Below are positions 56,941 through 64,000 of a stretch of DNA of 64,000 nucleotides, piece by piece; position 1 is the first letter of the stretch, and every line of letters begins with the position of its first letter. The notes beneath the pieces were generated by a model. The model was not told the DNA's origin and ran no database searches. It saw nothing but the letters and a program-made list of their open reading frames with translations. Origin of the DNA: Anthoceros angustus (lineage: Eukaryota; Plantae; Anthocerotophyta); contig VJWM01000296.1 in assembly GCA_010909165.1 (NCBI GenBank), forward strand, positions 52,379 through 116,378, given 5' to 3'. Position numbers and translations under genes: made by a program.

Positions 56941-59900
56941 TGTGGCGGACTTTTCGATGGCGGTAGGCGCGCACAATCCGTGTCGTTGTAGGAAGAAGTC
57001 CGTTCCCAAAGGGAATGATAGGCCCGTTTACCGCGTTTGGTGATTCTTACCGTCCTTAGCGCTCGTTCAACTCAACACACACGCTCTAACTACTCTAGCG
57101 TTCACCGTCGAGGCCCGGTATGGCCAAGCGTTTAAGACCCGTTGCGTCCGTCGTTCACATCCTCCCTCGCATCATCCTTTCCTCTCTCCTCACGCTACAC
57201 TCTTGATCTTAGAAAAAGGCGGGTTTGATCGGACCTCCTCCCGTTCCGCGGGCCTCTCGTCCGGGCTCTACACACCCTCCCGTTCCTCCGGCTCACCACG
57301 TTCGATCGTTTGGATGGCTCCGGACGAAATCACCCGGTCACCCTTCCACACACACACCACAGCGTTAAGTCCGTCACGGGACCTTGATCAATCTCCCGGG
57401 CATGCTCGGTGACTCGGGACTCACGTTAGCAAGAAGACTCACAAAGGTGCGCAGAGCGGCATCAACACCAAGAGAAAGATGCTTTACTAGAGCCTCGGCC
57501 CTCTTATCTGCGCCCAAGGCGTCTTTATTACACCCCTATTACGGGCGTGCTTCGGTATACCCTAATCGGCCGCCTACCATCCTATTTCCTCCCCTATCTC
57601 CTTCCTTGTGGGAAGGTCCACAGGCCCCGCCTCGGAATGGGTGGTCAATCCCCGTCACAGCGGTTGTGGCGCACCCAATCGGATGATCCGTGGCGGGGCC
57701 CTCCTCTCCCGGAATCACATCGGGTTGGGCTCTGGCGCGGCGACGCCCGTTACCACGCGTCATCCTCCCCACCTCCCCACGGGTCCTTGCCGGTGGGGCC
57801 ACTGCTCCCCTAAGCGTAAGTCGAAGGGGCTCCTCCTTCTTGCCCCGGTCCTCGAGGTCTGTCTCGACTCCGAACTTGAGTCATTCAGTCGGCCGGCTGG
57901 GTCAGGCCTTGTCTCAGGTCCGGACCTCGGGGTCGGACTTGTCCGGACGTCGGACTTGTCGAGTCCGGACTTGGTCCGGACTTATTCAGTCCGGACTTGG
58001 TGGCCTCCCCTGGGTCCGGACAAAGTCCCTCACGCCCACCGGGTTTCCTCCCTCACGGGACTCCTCCGTGGCTCTCCCTCGAAACCGTTCTAAGAAGGCA
58101 TTTTCAAAGCTTCAAGCAGGCGGGTGGGGCATTCTCCGGTGGTCGGTACTTTCTCCGATACCATTGAGCGGTTCCTCGGAGAACCCCTTGGAAAAATTTG
58201 GATGAGTGCGTCGGCTCCTCTCCGTTGAAGTTGGCTTTGGACGAAGTCCTCCACAAAGGTCTCGCATCCGCTCCTTCTTCCCTCCGAATATGGAGATGCG
58301 CTTGTTTGGTCGGTAGGGGCCATGGGCTGCGCCATTAGCGTGTGTCCTACCTTCTTCCGTTGGCGTCCCTTGTACCCGTACTCGTCTTGGTCCGACAATT
58401 CGACCACGTTCTCCCTCCTCGATCGGTGCTCTCGTTGGGTTTGGCGTCTCTCTCTCACGGCTCGGAGAGCCGAGGTGACCACGTCCGATCCTCCCAGTTC
58501 ACTCTTGACCGCCCTCGACCGCCACGCATTCACTTACCTTCTCTTCCTAAGGGCGCACTTTGCGGCACAGACCGATTTCATTCCCGCAGCGCCAAAATGT
58601 GGCGACTTTTGTTGATGGCCCGCGCCACAATCCGTGTCGTTGTAGGAAGAAGTCCGTTCCCAAAGGGAATGATAGGCCCGTTTACCGCGTTTGTGATTCT
58701 TCGTCCTTGCTCGTTCGCCTCAACACACATACTCCTAACTACTCTGGCGTTCACCGTGAGCCGGTATGGCCAAGCGTTTAGACCCGTTCGCGTCCGTATC
58801 GTTCATCATCCTCACGCATCCTTTCCTCTCTCCCTCACGCTACACTCTTGATCTTAGAAAAGCGCGGGTTCAGGACCTCCTCCGTCGTTCGCGGGCCTCT
58901 CCGTCCGGGCTCTACACCCTCCGAGTTCCTCCGGCTCACACGTTCGATCCGTTCGGTCGGGGCGGCTCGAACGATCACCGGTCACCCTTCCACACACACC
59001 ACAGCGCGTTAAGTCCGTCACGGGACCTTGATCAATCTCCCGGAGTCGTGCACCTTTCGGTGACTCGGGACTCACGTTAGCAAGACTCACAAAGGTGCAG
59101 AGCGGCATCAACACCAAGAAAGATGCTTTACTAGGCCTCGGCCCTCTTATCTGCCCAAGGCGTCTTTATTACACCCCTATTACGGCGTGCATTTCGGTAT
59201 ACCCTAATCGGCCGCCTACCATCCTATTTCCCCCCTATCTCCTTCAGTGGTGGGAAGGTCACAGGCCTCGGAATGGGTGGTCAATCCCCGTCACAGCGGT
59301 TGTGGCGCGCAATCGGATGATCCGTGGCGGGGCCTCCTCTCTCCCGGAATCACATCGGGTTGGGCTCACCGTGGTCGACAAGCCGTTACCACGGCGTCAT
59401 CCTCCACAGCCTCCCACAGGTCCTTCGCGGTGGGGCCACCATCTGCTCCCCTAAGCGTAAGTCGAAGGGGCTCCTCCTTCTTGCCGGCCGGTCCTCGAGG
59501 TCTGTCTCGACTCACGAACTTAGTCCATTCAGTCCGTGGCTGGGTCCGACCTTGTCTCAGGTCCGGACCTCGGTCGGACTTGTCGGGTCCGGACTTGGTC
59601 CGGACTTATCTGGGTCCGGACTTGAGGTCCGGACTTATTCTGGTCCGGACTTGATCCGGCCTCGGGGTCCGGACAAAGTCCGGACTCCACCGGGTTTCCT
59701 CCCTCACGGGACTCCTCCGTGGCTCTCCTCGAAGTCCTCCTGTTCCCGATCGAGTGACTCCCGTTGGCCCCTCCTTCCATGGTGAGGTGCGGGGTGCCTC
59801 ATCGCATCCGCCGCTCCTCGTTCGCTCCTCCGTTGCTCCTCTCCGCTCCGTCATCTCAAGCAGGGCCACTAGGGTCCTGTCATGTCCGTGGCCTTCATCT

Positions 59901-62900
59901 CCTTCAGCCTTCCGGTCCGTCCGTCTGTGACGTCGAGGCTTCTCGAGGGGCTCGGCGTGGTAATAGGCAAAGTCTGATCGACTTGTTGAATTGCCTCTTC
60001 CACGTGTGCGGGCACCGATACTCCCTCCGCCATAAGTGTTAGGGGCGTCTTTGCCCGGCTTGTTGGGCCACCTCTCACCCAGTTGTGGTGGGCGGCGTAT
60101 CACGAGGCTACAAGGCGGCCTCGGTCACCTCCTGCATTTGCGTTGCTCCACTGCTCGCTCCGTCGTTTCCTCTCCATTGCGGCTTACCGCCAGCGCGGCG
60201 TTCCCGCCTTTCTCGGTGGACGGCGGCTTCTTTTACGCTTCCGGTGCTCGCGCTCCTCCGTTCATTACGGCCTCCGCCGGCTCCTCTCCAGGCGGTCATA
60301 CCTCCGTCCGACTCGGACTTCCTCCAGCTCATACATGGCAGCGTCCAACTCCTTGGATAGTCGCGATTTTCCTCCGTCTTGAGACGGAGGCACTCTATTT
60401 CGTGCTCGAAGTCGTGGATTCTCGTTGAGAATCACTGCCTCAAGCGCATCTTGGGTTGTAGCTCCAGTGTCCTTGTCCTCCATCTGCCCGCCTCTCCTCC
60501 TCTACTGCTGTGAGATCTCTATCTCCCAGTCTTGGCCTCCATCTCCTCCTTTGGCCCTTGCACTCCATAGCTTTGTCACGGCCTTGAGCCTCGGTCTGTG
60601 ACTCTCTCCACGGTTCGATCTCTGTAGTGATCCGGTCGCTCTCTTGCCGCGGCTTCCGCTCCTTCTTTGCCCCTCGCCCACTTGGCCGCTCTGGCCGGGC
60701 CGCCTCCGCCGGTCCAGCTCTCTGCTTGTGCCGGGCCTCTTCCGCCTCTGCTGCCTTCCCCCCGCTGCAAGGTCCTCGCCCGCTTGGGCCTCCCAGGCTT
60801 GCTTGTTTGTGCAGTGAAGAACCTTCTCTGGCCCACCGCGGGCTCGCGCTCCGCCACCGTTTCCCTTCCTCGATCCGGCGAGGGACTCCGCCTTTCCTTT
60901 GCCCCTGGCCGCCTTCACTTGCTCTTGGGTTCCACCATCCTCCTCGGGTGGCCTCCACTTCACAGGTCTTCTCGGCCACGAGACCCCAAAGCATTCCGTC
61001 CATGAGCAGACTCGCCGTGTTTCTTCCACGGCCGCGGTGAGAGGCCCCACAAAGTCCGTAGTGAGCCGGCATTTCTCGATCCAGGACCTCCATACCTTGA
61101 TCCGGAGTAAGTCGGTGGGTTCTCGGACCTAATCGGGACCCTCGGGTCACAGAGTGGTGGTCAGTCTCACCCTCTTGGCCCTCTTGGCCTCTAACTCCTT
61201 TGTGCCCTCTTTCTCACAGGGCTCGGAGGAGGTGAGGGGTCGAGCAAGCTCTTTTGCCCCTTCATCGGGGCAGGACCGGCTCGAGGTGGGGGCTGCGTGA
61301 CCTCTGCTCCTTGGGCCACGTCCCTTTCACCTCCTTACCGCCTCTTGACCTCTTGCCACTCAGGTGGGCGGGGGTAAGTCCGGCACCTTCGAGGTCTTTG
61401 CGTTGGTAAGCGGCACGTCTTCCGCCTCTTGGCTCCCGTTGAGTTCGTCGGGGCTCGGCGGCCGTCGTGGTTGTTGGTCTGTTGCCGGTGCGGAGCCGCC
61501 CTCCTTACCGCCTCTTGACCTCTTGCCACTCCGGGGTAAGTCGCACCTTGAGGTCTTTGCGTTGGTAAGCGGCACCGTCTTCCGCCTCTTGGCTCCCGTT
61601 GAGTTCGTCGGGGCTCGGCGGCCGTGGTTGTTGTTGTGCTGCCGGTGCGGGCCGCCTCCGGCATCGCTCCCTCACGTGCTCGGAGGGCACCAAAAGGAGG
61701 AAGGGAATCGCCTCCCAAACTTCCAGGTGGTGAGGGGTTCGCTCAGACGTATGGAGTCGAATCCTCGATCGTCCTCCTCCCGAGTCCGCTTGGTCTTGAA
61801 GGGCGACCCCCACCTCAGGCGCCCTTGCACGCTCTACTTGGCGGGGCCTCCGGCCCCGAGCGCCCGTTCAAGCTCTCCCTCCTTGAGGCTCGAAATGTCC
61901 CCATACATGAATCGGTATGGGGTCGGCCGATGGCGAGGCTTCGCTCCTTAGCTTGCGTGCCTCGGCCCAGGCAGGCGAAGATAATCCTTCCCGTCGCTCT
62001 CTTCCCATTGGGCGCATGCGAGAATACGCGAGTTATCACCAAGGTGATCCACCTTGGTGGCGAGTTCAATGGACAATGATCCGGGCTACCGCCCTTACTC
62101 GGTCGGCGGATCGGATATCAACCATCCGTTGGTTGTCCTGCGTTCGAGCCTCGCATCGCGGTGGCCCTATCTTCCCCTTAAGGGGCTCGGCACCGCCCCT
62201 TCTTCCTCCTTGGGCGGTTGTAGGCCATCCTCGGGACCTCAAGGTCCATCGCCTCGGGTCCTCCGGAGGTTCTTGGATCGGACCTCCTTGTTGATCGCCG
62301 CATCTTCGGGCAAACTCCGGACTAGTAGCGTTGTCAAAGGTCCGACCATTTGGAACACGTCCGGATGCCACTCTGCACCAATTCCCTGCTTCCTCCGGCC
62401 GGGGCCCAGTCCGGATAGCGCGGGTCACAATGTTGCGCTCCACGGTCCATGGCTCCCAGTTTCCGTCGGCTTTTGGGTGCCATTGCCTTCTCCTCCTCTT
62501 GTTCTGTAGGCGAGTCGGCCGCACGATGTTCCTCGCCCTTGCGTTGCTGCTCCAACCAGTGCGCGCTCTAAGTGGCGCCCAAAAGATAGCGCGAGCGGAT
62601 TGCGGGCGCAAGGCTGAGATTATGCAGGCTGCGCGGCAATGACCTCCCTCCTTGGCGCGCTTGTGGAAATGCGGCGGGCGCCTCTTCGTTGTCGTAGCGC
62701 GAGTGCATGGCTTACTCGACCCTCGCTTGCTGCGGCCTTACGCGCGCGCGGCAGCGTGAATACCTGCCTCGGCCTCGGCAAATTACGGTCTGACCTGCAT
62801 GCGCCCGACCTCCACTCGGGGCCGTCCCGTGGCGCCGCCCTGCTCATCCTCACGCCTCGCTCCTAGGTTACTTTCACCGTACTTATCCTGTTTGACACAG

Positions 62901-63099
62901 GTGGGTTCGGACTTATCCGTTACTCCGTAGTCCGGAGCTTGCCATAGTGGTATGGGGTCCGTTGTTCACTCCGAGTCGGAGTATACTCCGAGCCTCGTCG
63001 GCGCTACCCCAATTTATTCCTCCTTTTCCGCCTTATTTATCCTTCAATCCTAAAAAAGCGAAACCCTACTTATTTCTGCTCCCGGAAGTGCAGCCCACA
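56941..63099 (-). repeat. 5' LTR; the complete unit is 58598-63099, while 56941-58078 belongs to a tandem duplication of the LTR/PBS/gag-start junction
   Basis: Segment 56425-58078 is repeated at 58079-~59730, which creates a second PBS/LTR edge at ~58583-58598. Confidence 0.85.
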
Positions 63100-63565
63100 A
63101 TATACATTTCATGGTCAAAGGAAAAATGTTTCCTTGGACCATCACATCTGCTCATATGCATGTCATGGTCATATCATGTCCTTGGCCCATGACATGTATA
63201 TGCGTCATGGGCAAGGACATGACAAGACGTGGGCCGCGACACGCACATGTCTCGAGGCCAAGGACAAATAAATCCTTGTGCAATGGCGAGTGCATTGTCC
63301 TTGGCCCTCGAAATGCAGCCGAATAGCAGCCGGCGTCGCTATGTGTGAGATATTACGTGACTATATATGTTATGACATGTAAATGCATGCCATGGTCAAG
63401 CCCATGACATGCATATACATGTCATGGCCCAAATCATCACGATAATAAAGTGGACCATATCATGCATGTACATGTCATGGCGGAAGGACAAATGACTGCA
63501 CCGCGGACATGGGCATTTCCCAATCAAGGACCATGACATGCATTGACTCATCATGGACCAAAGAC
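63100..63565. repeat. CATG-rich palindromic repeat array, right part (continuation of 44630-45649)
   Basis: catgtcatgg, ccaaggacaaa and ttgtccttggccc motifs as in the left part. Confidence 0.75.
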
Positions 63566-64000
63566 AATCCCGGTGACCACGAGCGGCGTTTCCGTGTCGT
63601 CACCCTTGTGAAACACCTCGGTGCAAGCGGTACATGTGCATCGTGGATAGCGTGGGTGTGAAATGAATATGTGTCATCATACCGGTCATTACAAAAGCGT
63701 GCACTTGGGGTGGTGCCGCCATGATCCTAGGCGCCGTCCATCTGCTGTTGCACCATTGTCAAGGTTTATACTTGTTCGATGTCTGGCGATTGTACTTGTT
63801 ATTAATTATGCTTACCTCTTGAAAACCCCGCTACTCACGTCCTTTTGAATGGGGCGGTGAGGTGTGAGAACAAGGAGAGTTGAAGAGAGTTCTTTGGGAG
63901 ACTTGGAGTGTGGGGAGGATCTGAGAGGCACCTCAAGGGGCTGTGAGAGCCTGGAGGTCAGTATGGAGCTTGGAAGGTGAGCTGAAAGGAGGAGAGAGAG

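Larger units (their letters stand above)
45650..63099 (-). mobile_element. Full-length Ty3/Gypsy LTR retrotransposon (non-chromovirus, Athila/Tat-like), ~17.4 kb with very long LTRs and ATATA target-site duplication
   Basis: Termini TGTGG...CCACA; ATATA at 45645-45649 and 63100-63104. PBS TGGCGCTGCCGGG at 56937-56925; PPT GAGAAGGGAGTA at 51444-51433. Internal order is gag-PR-RT-RH-INT on the minus strand. Confidence 0.93.

Noticed and set aside
58079-58610. Second PBS/LTR edge as a nested second element
   Set aside because: It is part of a head-to-tail repeat of 56425-58078 with junction microhomology and no TSD.
45856-62900. Numerous + strand ORFs of 100-230 aa in the LTRs and internal region
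   Set aside because: They are antisense shadows of GC-rich TE sequence with Ser/Pro/Leu-rich, non-domain composition.

Overview
Land-plant nuclear DNA, most likely a non-seed plant with flagellated sperm. This is inferred from compact GC-rich genes with ~80-130 nt introns and the dynein-assembly factor WDR92. The first ~14 kb is gene-dense and free of frameshifts: EHD1-like (5' part), ADP-glucose pyrophosphorylase large subunit, IMP2, an intronless farnesol kinase and anthranilate synthase alpha. At ~14.05 kb the sequence switches abruptly to a repeat-rich, indel-ridden domain. It holds minisatellites, AT-rich WDR92, a CIB2/3-like EF-hand gene with a degraded tandem copy, a stellacyanin, a short-LTR chromovirus, a Copia fragment, a CACTA-like remnant and a 17.4 kb Ty3/Gypsy element with ATATA target-site duplication. 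The top finding is a pair of intact, tandem, homologous 93-nt exons in the AGPase gene that encode the allosteric/ATP-site loop (…[11 protein letters not shown]…). They are separated by only 65 nt and look like mutually exclusive exons. Other leads are a ~2.5 kb ORF inside both LTRs of the large Gypsy element, a CIB-type calcium sensor next to WDR92, and sequence errors concentrated at CG/CHG sites. All coordinates were read by eye and may be off by a few bases.
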